Source: Candidatus Latescibacterota bacterium
Lineage (GTDB): Bacteria > Latescibacterota > UBA2968
Length of the DNA: 64,000 bases
Assembly: GCA_965198115.1 (NCBI GenBank)
Contig: OZ240241.1
Coordinates: 288,001 to 352,000 of the forward strand
Direction of reading: 5' to 3'
How positions within the stretch are numbered: the stretch's first letter is position 1; the number at the start of each line of letters is the position of its first letter. Shown piece by piece: positions 1 to 10,327 of this stretch. The notes under the pieces were generated by a model that was not told the origin of the DNA, made no database searches, and saw only the letters and a program-made list of their open reading frames with translations. The position numbers were made by a program, and so were the translations under genes.

Positions 1-2
1 TC

Positions 3-83
3 AGCGACGATGCCTCCTTCGTGACCGGGTCCACCTTGTTCATCGACGGCGGACGCGTCGGAAACGACCCGCCTAAGTGGTAA
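3..83 (+). CDS. 3' end of SDR-family oxidoreductase (truncated by window start)
   Basis: Manual translation SDDASFVTGSTLFIDGGRVGNDPPKW*; typical SDR C-terminal motif (ASFVTGxxLxIDGG). Confidence 0.75.
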   Translation, partial: SDDASFVTGSTLFIDGGRVGNDPPKW

Positions 84-233
84 ACCTTAAAACCTTCAAC
101 CACGAAGACACGAAGGAAAACCAGGGGGGAAGACCTGTCGGCTTCGAAGGCCTCACCTCGCCTAGGGTGAACCTGACGTGACCGTCCTTGTCCAGGTATG
201 GTTAATTCCCCCCGTAGCGACGACGCGCCTCCA

Positions 234-1044
234 TCACGTCAGCAGATCCAGCACCTGCCCCGGCAGCCGATTCGCCTGCGAGAATGACGAGAGGCTTGCT
301 TGCGTCAGCGTTCGTGCACGGGCGAGAGAGGCCGCTTCACCCGCGATATCCGCATCGCGAATCGTGGACTCGGAAGCGATGAGGTTTTCCCTCGCCGTCT
401 CTGAGGCGCGAATGGACGAACGCAGCCGATTTTCGATCGCGCCTATCTGTCCCCGTGCGGCCGTGACCGACGCAATCGCCTGCTCGATCGACCCAGTCGC
501 ACGTGCGGCATCGGGTGCGGTGCTCACCGATGCCGTGTCCAGCCCCAGCGTCGATGTCGACGCATCGGGAACCGATATCTCCAGGCGGTCGGCCTCTCCG
601 GATCCGCCGCCCGCCTGGATCGTCGCCACCGGCCCCTCCGGGAACGCGGAGGTGGTGGACGCGGCCTGACGATTGACCTCGGCGGACAGCTGGTTGAACT
701 CCGCTTGAATGGCCCGTCGATTCGAATCGCTCAGCGTCGAATTCGACGCCTGCGCGGCCAACTCCCTCATCCGAACCAGGATCCCGCTTGTCTGGTTCAG
801 GGCGCCTTCGGCCGTCCGCAGGCTGGTTCACAGCCAGTTCGGCGTTCCGCACACCCTGGCTGGTTCCCGAGATCTGCGCTCGCAAGCCTTCACTGACGGC
901 CAGGGCCGCAGCATCGTCTGCCGCGCGGTTGACCCGAAGGCTGGAGGAGAGCCTCTCGAGCCTGCTCCGCAGGTCTGCGGAATTCACGCGCAGAAGGCGC
1001 TGCGCTGTTTGGGCGGCCGTGTTGGTGTTCACTCGAGTCGGCAT
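234..1044 (-). CDS. fliC: Flagellin (short, D0/D1 only), one frameshift near 825
   Basis: N-term RVNTNTAAQTAQR...LERLSSSLRVNRAADDAAALAVSEGLRAQ and C-term RGQIGAIENRL...ENLIASESTIRDADIAGEAASLAR...QANRLPGQVLDLL. Removing one base near 825 joins them (NSLRTAEGALNQTSGILVRMRELA), giving about 269 aa. Confidence 0.9.
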
Positions 1045-1140
1045 TTGGTTTCCCGCTGGTTCTGAGAAAAATACCGACTATGTACGAGAACGCCAACCAG
1101 GTTGGCCTCGCTCCGGAGGGCTGCGCAGGGCCGTTCGGGG

Positions 1141-4100
1141 CTATCCTTCGAACTCAGCGGGTATTCGAATCGAAAACGTGCTCCCTTCGCCAATGATCGA
1201 TTCAACCTCGACCGATCCGCCAAGGAGCTCGGCGAATCGTCTTGTTATTGAAAGCCCCAGTCCTGTCCCGTGCAGGGCCTCGCCTTCCGATTGCCCTTTC
1301 ACCTGGCGGTATTCGTCGAAGATCGTCGACAGTTCGTCCTCAGGAATGCCCTTGCCGGTATCCGACACCGAAAGCGCAAGCTGCCCATCTGCCTGACTGG
1401 CCTTCACCACCACACTTCCTGTGTGGGTGAACTTTATGGCGTTGCTGGTCAGGTTGATGAGCATCTGTCTGAGCCTTGCTTCATCCGTTTGCGCTTCGCC
1501 CACGCCATCCGCGACCTCAAACCGCAAGTCGACGCTTTCCTGAACCAGCGGACTCACCGTCGACACGCACGATTCCACCAGCTCCGAGACGTCGAATGAA
1601 GAGACATTCACATCCATTCGGCCGGCTTCGATCTTGGAGAGATCCAGCAGGTCGTTGATCATCGCGAGAAGATGGTCGGAGGCGTGCGTCACCTTGACCA
1701 GGTTTGCTTTTTGCCTGTCTGGCAGCACATCACCAGATCGGCGGAGGACCAAGTTCGTGAAGCCCCGGATGGCATTCATCGGGGTGCGCAGCTCGTGGGA
1801 CATCGAAGCCAGGAAGGCCGATTTGCGCTCGGTCTGCTGCTGAATCTCCCGATTGGCTGCAAAGAGGTCTCGATTCGCTGAGGAGAGAGCGTCGTTCGTT
1901 TCTTGGAGTCGACGACCTCGTCGCACGACACGCGTTGTCTGCCAGGCGATCAGCACGATCGAAACGCCCAGCGCGCCCATCCACCCAAATCGTTCATAGG
2001 GGAGCGCCACGGTCAACAAAAAAGTCGCCGGTAGCTCCGAATACACGAGATCGCGGTCCACTGCGTGGACTTCGAACGTATAGATCCCTCGCGGCAGGTT
2101 CTCGTATTCAACGCGTCTCTCACGCGTGGCCAGCCAATCGCTGTCATAGCCCTTCAGCCGATAGCGGTAGACGATCCCGTATGGACGGGTCTTGAAGCTC
2201 ATCCCTTGAAACTCGAACGTTACCAAGGTCACGTCCGTGGACACCGTCAGCTCGCGGACCTCTTCGTATCGCCGGTCGGCCACGACGCTCTCGATGGCCA
2301 CCGCGGGAGGAAGGGGCTCCGGGGGGTCGAAACGGGTGATGCCTCCCAGGGTGCCGAACCAGAAGACCCCGTCAGTATCCTGCAGGATCGTAGTGACGGC
2401 ATTCCCGGAGAGCCCATCCGCCACCGTCAGCCTCTGGAACGTCTTTCCATCATACCGGTAGATCCCGGCTCCTTCGGTGCCGAACCAGAGGTGGCCGTCC
2501 CGGTCTTCGAACATGGAAATGACCTGGCTGTCCTCCAGTCCATCCGAATCGGGGTAATTGGTGAACGCGCTTCCGTCCCACCGGCTCACCCCCTTGGTGG
2601 TGCCGAACCACACGTCTCCCGACTGGTCCTGCAAAATGAACCAGACCCGGTCGTTTGCCAGGCCGTCCTTTGGCATATATCTGGTGAACTGCTGTCCGTC
2701 ATAACGGGTCGTACCGGAGTTCCAGTTCCCGAACCATAGGATTCCATCCCGGTCCTGGAAGACGACGTTACAGGAGGGGTGACCGAGATCTGCCGAACTG
2801 ATGTTGGTAAATGTAGCCTGCCCTGCCTGCCCTGAGTCTGCCGAACGGGAGCCTGCCGAAGGGTCGTAACGGACCACGCCTCCGAAGTTTTGAACGAACC
2901 ACAGCTTTCCCGACCGGTCCTCAAGTGCCTGAGCAACGTACCGCGCCTCGGACGTCATCAACATGTCTTCTTTGTCAAACGTCGTGAACGTCCCCGCCCC
3001 AGTCCTGCGCTGCCCGTCAACCGGGAGATCAAGCAGGCTGATTCCGCCCTGGGCCGAAAACCAGAGCCTGCCGGACGAATCCTGTATCATCCCGAAAACA
3101 TTATTGCTGATCAGCCCGTCTTCCGTTCTGTAGGCCGTCCATTCCTTCCCGTCATGCCGAAGGACGCCCTGGTTGAAAACGCTGAACCAAAGGTTGCCAT
3201 CCCGATCCATGAGGCCAGACTGGACCTGATTCCCCGGCAGGCCGTCCTGGGTCGTCAGGGTGGTCATCACTCGACCGGTGTAGCGGCTCACACCGGCCTG
3301 CGTTCCGAACCACATCTGACCGGAACGATCCTGAAAGATTGACGCTACGCGGTTATCGGGCAGGCCATCTTCCTCGGTCAGTGAGGTCCAGGCAGCCTGT
3401 CCTGCCTTGCCAGCCGTAGCTTCGCGAAGGCTGGAGCCTGCCGAGGGATCGTACCGGCTGACGCCTCCTTCGGTACCGAACCACATCACGCCGTCACGGT
3501 CCTCACGGATGGATGTCACGACGTTGTCGACCAACCCGTCCTCAGTCGTAAACCGCGTGAAATGCTGCCCGTCAAACCGATACACTCCACTTCCGCGGGT
3601 GCTGAACCAGAGGTCGCCCGAGCGGTCCTGCACGATGGACCTCACGCCCCTCCCGACAAACCCGTCTTCAGCCGAAATCGCGGTCCAGGTCTTGCCGTCG
3701 TAGCGGGCCACACCTCGCGAATGCCCGAACCACATCTGACCCGACCGGTCCTGTAAGATCGATCTCGGCCACCTCATGTCAGCCTCTTCCGAGTTCACCA
3801 GGGTCCACTTCTCGCCGTCAAATCGCTGTAAGTCGATTGCGGATTGGCACCAGAAGATGCCTGACCGGTCCTGATAAATCAGCTGCGAGGTATTGCTGGT
3901 CAGGCCGTCCGCAACGGTATGGGTGGTCCAGGCCTGTCCAGGACTCGCCGACGGATCAAAGCGGCTTATGCCGCCGCCATCGGTGCCGAACCACATGTTG
4001 CCGTCCCGGTCCTGGATGATCGAGCGTATATCGTGGTGGCCCAAAACGTCCTTGTCTGTATACGACGTGAACTCGCGGCCGTCGTATCGGCACAGCCCGA

Positions 4101-4659
4101 AAAGCCCGCCGAACCAGAGGTAGCCGTCCCGATCCTGGTAAATGGCGACCGTCGTACCGCTGGTCAGGCCGTCCGTTGCGTCGAAGGTGGTTCACAGTCC
4201 CATTCCCTTCCCGACAGGCACCGTCTTCCCCGATCCTGCTGGCATTGTCGTGCCCGCTCCGGCAGGTCCGCTATACACCTCCAGATTGATCAATCGCCGC
4301 TGGAACTGGAACTCTTCCGGCAACTCTCGCACTACTGTCGACCATTCAGGATCATCCCTGAGCGCCGCCCGCGTCACCGTGGGGTCGAAATCATCGCTGA
4401 CCTCGAAGAGCCGGCTGAAAACGCCCCTCGACGATGGGGCGACCCGTTCTGCAGGTCGTCCCAGACCGTGTCGCTTCAGAATCGGAACAACACGCTTCTC
4501 ATACGCTGCTTCGAACTTGGCCATCCGGTCAGGTTCCACATACCGTGCGGAGAACCGCGCAACAGTAGGGACCGTCGCCACGCAGTCGGACATCGATTGA
4601 ACGCACAGAAGACAGACCACTCCGGAAAATCTCGAGAGCATTCTTGCTGATGCACGCAT
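1141..4659 (-). CDS. Sensor histidine kinase (two-component regulator propeller repeats, Y_Y_Y, TM, HisKA, HATPase) with one in-frame TGA at 4192-4194
   Basis: Many QDRxGxxWFGT blades; YRYRLKGYDSDW; SMSHELRTPMN H-box; NLTSNAIKFT, DTGKGI and GTGLGL boxes. ORFs 4192-4659 and 1141-4044 share a frame, separated only by GGA CTG TGA ACC (expected W). Confidence 0.88.
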
Positions 4660-4787
4660 TTCCTAGCCCCAAACTGAACAGGACACCGAACGGCAACATA
4701 TGCCCTGAGTCAGATCTCAGGGAAATCCCCATTTCCGCACCTGAAGCTGCTACCTGTCGCGTAATAGATGTTCGCTATGGAATGAAG

Positions 4788-5150
4788 TCAAGGGGATCGG
4801 CCAGGGACGGTCAGCGATCGAGTTCCCAGAATGCGGTCTCGACTGCTCGCTGCGCCTTGGTGGGCAAGGGTGGGACGTGGATGCTTCGGCGTCCACACGT
4901 GGAGATCGCTCTCCGGCAGGATGTGCACGAAGGACTCGTCGACTGGCCGGGCGTCGCCGTGCACAGCCGACAGATCCAGATTCAGATGTTTCGCGAAGAA
5001 TGTGTAGGCTTCCGACTCGTTTCGAGTAACCGTAGTCGTGATTCTCTTCGGGAAGATGGAGATTCTCGACATTCTCCTCGGCACCGAGCCGGCGATATAC
5101 GCCTAGCACGTAGGGGAACTCGACTTCCGGGGTGTTGCACGACTGGTCTT
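4788..5150 (-). pseudogene. C-terminal remnant of an acetylxylan-esterase-like alpha/beta hydrolase
   Basis: Frameshifted pieces NTPEVEFPYVLGVYRRLGAEENVENLHLPEENHDYGYSKR and AYTFFAKHLNLD; no N-terminus present. Confidence 0.55.
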
Positions 5151-5329
5151 TGCGGCGGGCGTTCGCGGACACGGGGCACCGTTCGTTGGGGTCTTCACGG
5201 GATCCCGGCTCACGCAAGGTCCGCCAGGTGATGGAGATGGAGGTACGGTCCTGCGCGACGAGCGTGCTTCCGCTGACGGGCGTTACAAGCCGTGGGCCAA
5301 GTTTCGCCCTAGCGACACCCAGCTGGCAG

Positions 5330-5838
5330 CGGGTGTGTGGACTCTGGGCTATGTATTCCAGCGACGGGATCCGTTGGCAGGAGTACAGCGGCCAGCCCAA
5401 TCCTTTCGATCAGTGGTGTGACACGCAGAACGTGTTCTTCTGGGATGACCGGCTGGAGCAGTATGTCGGCTACACGCGTGTCCGCGAGACCCAAGTCGCT
5501 GAGGAGGCCGCCGCGGCTGGCGGAGGGACCTATCGCAGTATCGGGCGTATCACCTCACACGACTTCCGTTCGTGGTCCAAGACGCAGATCGTCCTCGAAG
5601 CTGATGCTGATGACCTGGCCATCCCCGTCCCCTACCAGCGCGAAGGCCCGAGGCTGAGCCGTTGCCTGGGTACGGTCTGGCTGACGCCGTGGCTGTGGTG
5701 GGAAACGCTACGTGCAAGCCCGTGAAGTGGAGGAATCGAGACACCGTGGATGAGCTGATAGGACAGCCGGTCAGGCTGCGATTTGTGATGCGCGATATGA
5801 AGCTCTACGCGTTCCAGTTCTCACTAATCGAGGCATAA
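5330..5838 (+). pseudogene. Internally deleted remnant of a five-bladed beta-propeller glycosidase-like protein
   Basis: SSDGIRW...DTQNVFFWDDRLEQYVGYTR...SIGRITSHDFRSWS, then a jump to the C-terminal GQPVRLRFVMRDMKLYAFQFSLIEA*. Confidence 0.55.
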
Positions 5839-5901
5839 GCCGAGCAGGGACTCACTAGTGGCCTGTCACACAAGTCGCACTGTACAATGACAAGGAGCAG
5901 G

Positions 5902-6001
5902 GTCACTTCGAGCACCTCGACTTCGCTCGGCACAGGCTCCGTCGAGAAGTCCCTGTTCGCTCATCCCAATGGGCGTGTTCTCGACTCGCGCTCGAACTGA
6001 C
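5902..6001. repeat. REP-like long palindromic element
   Basis: GTCACTTCGAGC (5902) pairs with GCTCGAACTGAC (5990-6001); inner GTCGAGAA/TTCTCGAC pair; contains CTCGACTTCGCTCGGCACAGGC core. Confidence 0.65.
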
Positions 6002-6669
6002 GCCGCGAGGAACGATGCCAAAACCTTTGTTATAGCTCACCAGTCAATCGTTTTCAGCGGGTTGGTGGATAGGGTGGCTGGATGTACTGAGGCCACGGTG
6101 TTAAGCGCAGGTGGGACGAAAGGCACGCTCAGTGTATCGTGCGCCAATGGATGTCGAAGAAGTCAAGCAAGTCTTCATGATCTGGGGGTAACTCGTGTGT
6201 GCGATGATAGGCTTCAAGGAATATCCCCTGCTCATCTGGTAACAAATCACGCCTGATCGCGGCCACATCTGAAAGGAAATAACCCCATCCAAACGGTCTG
6301 AAGTCGATGAGTGATGCACGATCTCCATTCAAATCACACTGAGAGCTCCTGTCTCGTGCATGATCAGGCCGAAATTCTCCGAGGACTCGCCGATGTCCTC
6401 CAATTTGTCAAGGATGTCCGGGTCGGTCACGCCACGCTGCTGCAGCCTTTCAATCCCGTACCGGGGTCGGCTGAACCAGCTTGGGAAAGCGCACGCTCCA
6501 CTATGGCTGTGAAGCTTCGCGAGGGTTTCACCGATGCTGGCAATCGCCGCTTCCGTCCTCTGGGAACCGCTGACCCTTGCCAGCACTTCGCCCTCTATCC
6601 AACGGTAGGCAGTACAGAATCGGGAACCATTAGAAGATTCAACGCGCTGTACTTCCTGGCCATCAAGGT

Positions 6670-8043
6670 GAGCTCAGGTCAATAGGTGTGTAAAAGAAAT
6701 CAGGCGGCCATCTTCCCGGCTTCGACCTGCGGTCCGGTTGAGTGTTTCTGATCGTAGACTTGTTGTAGCAAGTGTGGCGCGGTGAGTTTCCTGAATCGGC
6801 TCTCTGCGACCTTGAGCGTACGCCAGATGAGAGTCGTGGCGTTCCTGACTTTCTTGAATCGCCTGGCGGCGTTTGTGCGAAGCCGAACGGAAGCAAAGGG
6901 GCTCTCGACGACGTTCGTGGTTCTCAGGTGTTTCCAGTGTTCCTTCGGGAAGTCGTAGAACGTGACCATCCGATCCCAGTCTCTTTCGAGCGTCTCCACG
7001 GCGGCAGGGAACTGTGAGCGATACCGTGCGGCAAAGCGTTTCCGGAGCTTCTCGGCCTCCTTTTTCGTGCCGGCATAGGGGATCTGGACGAGCAGTGCGC
7101 GGGCTTCAGCCTGTGCACGCTTGGCGACCTTGTCGAGCACGTTGAGGATCTTGTGGTTCCAGCACCGTTGTTGCCGGCTCTCTGGCCAGACCTGATCAAC
7201 GGCCGCCCAGATGCCCATATTCCCGTCCGCGGCGATCAGGACAGGATGTTCGAGCCCGCGATCCCGGAGATCCCGTAGCACCGTGAGCCAGGATTCTGTA
7301 GACTCTCGATAACCGGGTTCTATCGCCAGGATCTCCTTGCTGCCGTCGCTCATCGCGCCGATCACGACCAGCAGACACGCCTTCTCGCGCTCGAGCCCGG
7401 CTTTGACGTAGATGCCATCAGCCCAGGCGTAGACCAGTTCGCGATTATCCAGACGCCTTTCTTTCCAGTCCTGGAAGTCGACCTCCCACTTCCCTCGAAG
7501 ACGAGCGATCGAGGTCGGCGAAAGCGGCGCGCCATCACCGAGCAGCGCACGCAAAGACAACTCGAAGTCGCCCTGGGAGAGACCGTGGAGATAAAGGTCG
7601 GGAAGCAGATCTCCAATGGCCCTGGTTCTCCGGGCGAACAGGGGGAGGATGCGGCTTTCAAACCGCTCTTCCAGACCACGAACCCGGGGACGCCGGACCT
7701 TGATCGTTCCGCAGCTCGTCGAGAGACGCCGGGGCTTGCCGTAGCCGTTCCTGTAGCCCCTGGAGCTATCGACCTCGGCTCGGCGCTCATACCACGACCG
7801 GCCCAAGAACGCGGTCGCCTCCTCCTCCAGAATGAACTGGAACCGGCCCTGGATCTCTTCACGGATCCAATCGTCAACCGTCTCCCACGTCGGCATGGAC
7901 TTCAATGGGGCTCTATGCGTATGTTCCTTCACGGCGATCCTCCTTCCCAACCGGGCCTCTCACCCGGTTTTGTGTGAATCAACTATCTCACGGGAAGGGT
8001 AGGGTCGCCCTTTCTCTTTTTCCACACCTTTTGATTATAGCTC
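6670..8043 (-). mobile_element. IS256-family element, copy 1 (1374 bp), 9-bp TSD CATCAAGGT
   Basis: Imperfect terminal IRs GAGCTCAGGTCAATAGGTGTG / GAGCTATAATCAAAAGGTGTG; TSD at 6661-6669 and 8044-8052. Confidence 0.93.
6700..7950 (-). CDS. IS256-family (mutator-type) transposase
   Basis: YRNGY, LYLHGLSQGD, WADGIY, ADG, QRCWNH and RTTNVVES motifs. Confidence 0.93.
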   Translation of the reverse strand: MGRRIAVKEHTHRAPLKSMPTWETVDDWIREEIQGRFQFILEEEATAFLGRSWYERRAEVDSSRGYRNGYGKPRRLSTSCGTIKVRRPRVRGLEERFESRILPLFARRTRAIGDLLPDLYLHGLSQGDFELSLRALLGDGAPLSPTSIARLRGKWEVDFQDWKERRLDNRELVYAWADGIYVKAGLEREKACLLVVIGAMSDGSKEILAIEPGYRESTESWLTVLRDLRDRGLEHPVLIAADGNMGIWAAVDQVWPESRQQRCWNHKILNVLDKVAKRAQAEARALLVQIPYAGTKKEAEKLRKRFAARYRSQFPAAVETLERDWDRMVTFYDFPKEHWKHLRTTNVVESPFASVRLRTNAARRFKKVRNATTLIWRTLKVAESRFRKLTAPHLLQQVYDQKHSTGPQVEAGKMAA

Positions 8044-8631
8044 CATCAAGGTCGCGTATGGGGACGGGCACATTCGCACGCGCCTCACGAAGAAGGCTGT
8101 TGAGCCAGAACGCCTCCGATCTCACGACATTCTCTTCTACACGGGCGCCGTGGAGGATCGTAAAGCGACGCTCACCGGCTTCGACCATCACGAGGACGTG
8201 GGCGAAGTCGAGTCCACCCGCTGACCCAATCACGTCGGCGTCTTCAAACCCAAACCTGTCTGATGCGAGCGTAGCATAGCGCTGTGCCTCGATGAGCCTT
8301 TGAACCAGATAAGGACCATAGACAACATCGTCCACCCAGTTGCTGTTCGACCTGGACAGAAATGAGAGCTCCTCCTGAGTCGCCCCCTTCAGAAGATCGA
8401 GAACCGTCGACTCGATCTTGGGGTGTTCTCCCTCGAGATCCATCAACATCGATCCACAGCTGCCCTCACACGCGCAACTCAGGATCAGACGACCATCCGT
8501 TGGGTGCCAATCCGGCGGTGGGACAAGCTCCGTGTGCGCGCTCGCACCGCAGATCGGACATTTTTCAGGCGCGGTTGGCCTTTTCTGGTTCAAATAGCCT
8601 TAGCCATTGATTGGACGTATCCCTTCCGAGC

Positions 8632-8940
8632 TCACCAGTCAATCGTCTCCGCTGCGAGAAACTGTGTCTTCTTTCGCCATCGGATGTCGCTGGTTCGATC
8701 GTGATCGCGCTGGTAGAAGGGGTAGTACTTGCCGCGCGGGTAGATTGCGACGACGTCGTTGCCGCGGCGGACGAGCGAGTAGCGGCGCTTCTGGGCGTAA
8801 ACGGCGTCCTGCCGTTCCTCGATCGGGAAGGTGAGCGTTACCGACTGGCCGGCATCCACGCGGCCCACCTGCGCGTATCGCCCCTTCCACGTGATGTTCC
8901 GATCGATTCTGTCGACCTGGACCCGTGCCTCGTGGGGCTG
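8632..8940 (-). pseudogene. C-terminal remnant of a GH127-like protein
   Basis: QPHEARVQVD...WKGRYAQVGRVDAGQSVTLTFPIEER...RGNDVVAIYPRGKYYPFYQR...TIDW*; no N-terminal part. Family assignment is by recollection. Confidence 0.45.
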
Positions 8941-10327
8941 GGTACCGTATAAGAAAGGTCGTGGAAGAGACTGAACCCGACAATGAAGTCGAGGAAGCCG
9001 AGCCTTGCTATTTCAGCAGTGTATCTTGTATCTACGGGTACAACTGCGCTGGAGAATGCCGACTATGCAAATATCTCGGTCTTCAGGTGGGATGGATGGT
9101 TAGGGTTCGCGAATAAATAAACGGTCGATCTCAATGTTGAGCCATTGGCCGGATCGTGTAGTTCCAGTCGCCGTGGAAATCGTGCGGAGTGAGATCGATT
9201 TGGGTCATCTGTTCATCGGTCACCTTGACCCCGTTAGGGTAGGGTCGCTTGTCGATCTCGGAGCGTACTCGGAGACCGGCTTGAGTGGTTGTTCCGGCAA
9301 TGAGATTCACGGTTGCAGCCAGGCTGACCAGGGGCTTGCCTCGCCAGTTCATAGCGATGAAGGAGAACAGGCGATGTTCGATCTTGTTCCACTTACTAGT
9401 GCCAGGAGGGTAGTGGCATACGGTGATCGTCAGGCCAGTGCGATTCGCAAAGCGCTGCAGCTCCCACTTCCACAGCCGCGTCTTGGCGCCGTTGCTGCCG
9501 CCTGCGTCCGCCGTGATTAGCAGATGCGTCGAAGTGCCGTAGGCGGGCCGTCCCATGTTCTTCCACCAACTTCGGATCGCATTCACGGCGAAGCTGGCCG
9601 TGTCGTGATCGATACCGACACTTACCCAGCCTTCATCACGGCTCAGATCATACACTCCATAAGGGATCGCCTTGCCCTGAGCAGGCACTATGAAATCGTG
9701 TACCTTCACACGCTCCGGGTCTCCCTTGGGTCGCCATTCTCGGCCAGGATTCTTGAAGTCGCCGATCAACTCTTTCTTCTTGGTGTCCACCGAGATAACG
9801 GGAAGGCCCTGCTGCTGCTGCTGGCTAATCCGATCATCGAGGTAAACGAACTGAGCGTCCCGATCCGGGTGTGCAGATCCCTCCCTTGTCTTCCGATTCG
9901 CCTGCAGCGTGTAATCGTGTTCGTGCAGGAGATTGGCAACGATCCTGGGGCTCACCGAATGCCCCATCGCTTGCAACTCGGCGGCCAGTTTGCGAGTGCT
10001 CTTCGATGTCCATCTCAGAGGATTGTCGTCAGGCGACCCCGCAGTCGTTGGCTCGACCAGATCATTCAGGTCCTGCCACAGCGTCGGGTCCGTGTCGGCC
10101 TTCCGCTTACGACCGCCGCCTGGACGCCGGATGCGAGCCGGGTCCAAAGGTTCGTCCGACCTCAACTCCTGAATGCCACGAAAGATCCGCTCTCTGGACA
10201 TTCCTGTCGCCAGAGCCACAATCGCGATCCCACCGTGACCCAACGCTTCGGCTTCCGTGGCGGCCCACAGACGACGCGTGCGTTCCGTCAGCACCGGAGC
10301 CAAGGCTTCATACTTCGTTCGGAGAGT

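Larger units (their letters stand above)
6129..8593 (-). pseudogene. APH/homoserine-kinase-II-like phosphotransferase with N-terminal Cys cluster, split by IS256 and further degraded
   Basis: VRSEAFWLNSL...VPVPIRDLDG | QEVQRV...YRWIEGEVL...IGETLAKLH...FGLIMH...LIDFRPFGWGYFLSDVA; the two halves join in frame across the IS target duplication. Confidence 0.7.
6034..8646. repeat. 18-bp direct repeat pair AGCTCACCAGTCAATCGT (6034-6051 and 8629-8646)
   Basis: Exact match read directly; it encodes the last codons and stop (TIDW*) of the gene ending at 8632. Confidence 0.75.

Noticed and set aside
4192-4194. TGA recoding (Trp/Sec, alternative genetic code)
   Set aside because: Many genes here end properly at TGA and Trp is TGG elsewhere; a single case fits error or mutation.
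6129-8593. Aminoglycoside resistance gene
   Set aside because: Only generic APH/kinase-fold similarity; the catalytic HxD region is degraded and the gene is interrupted.
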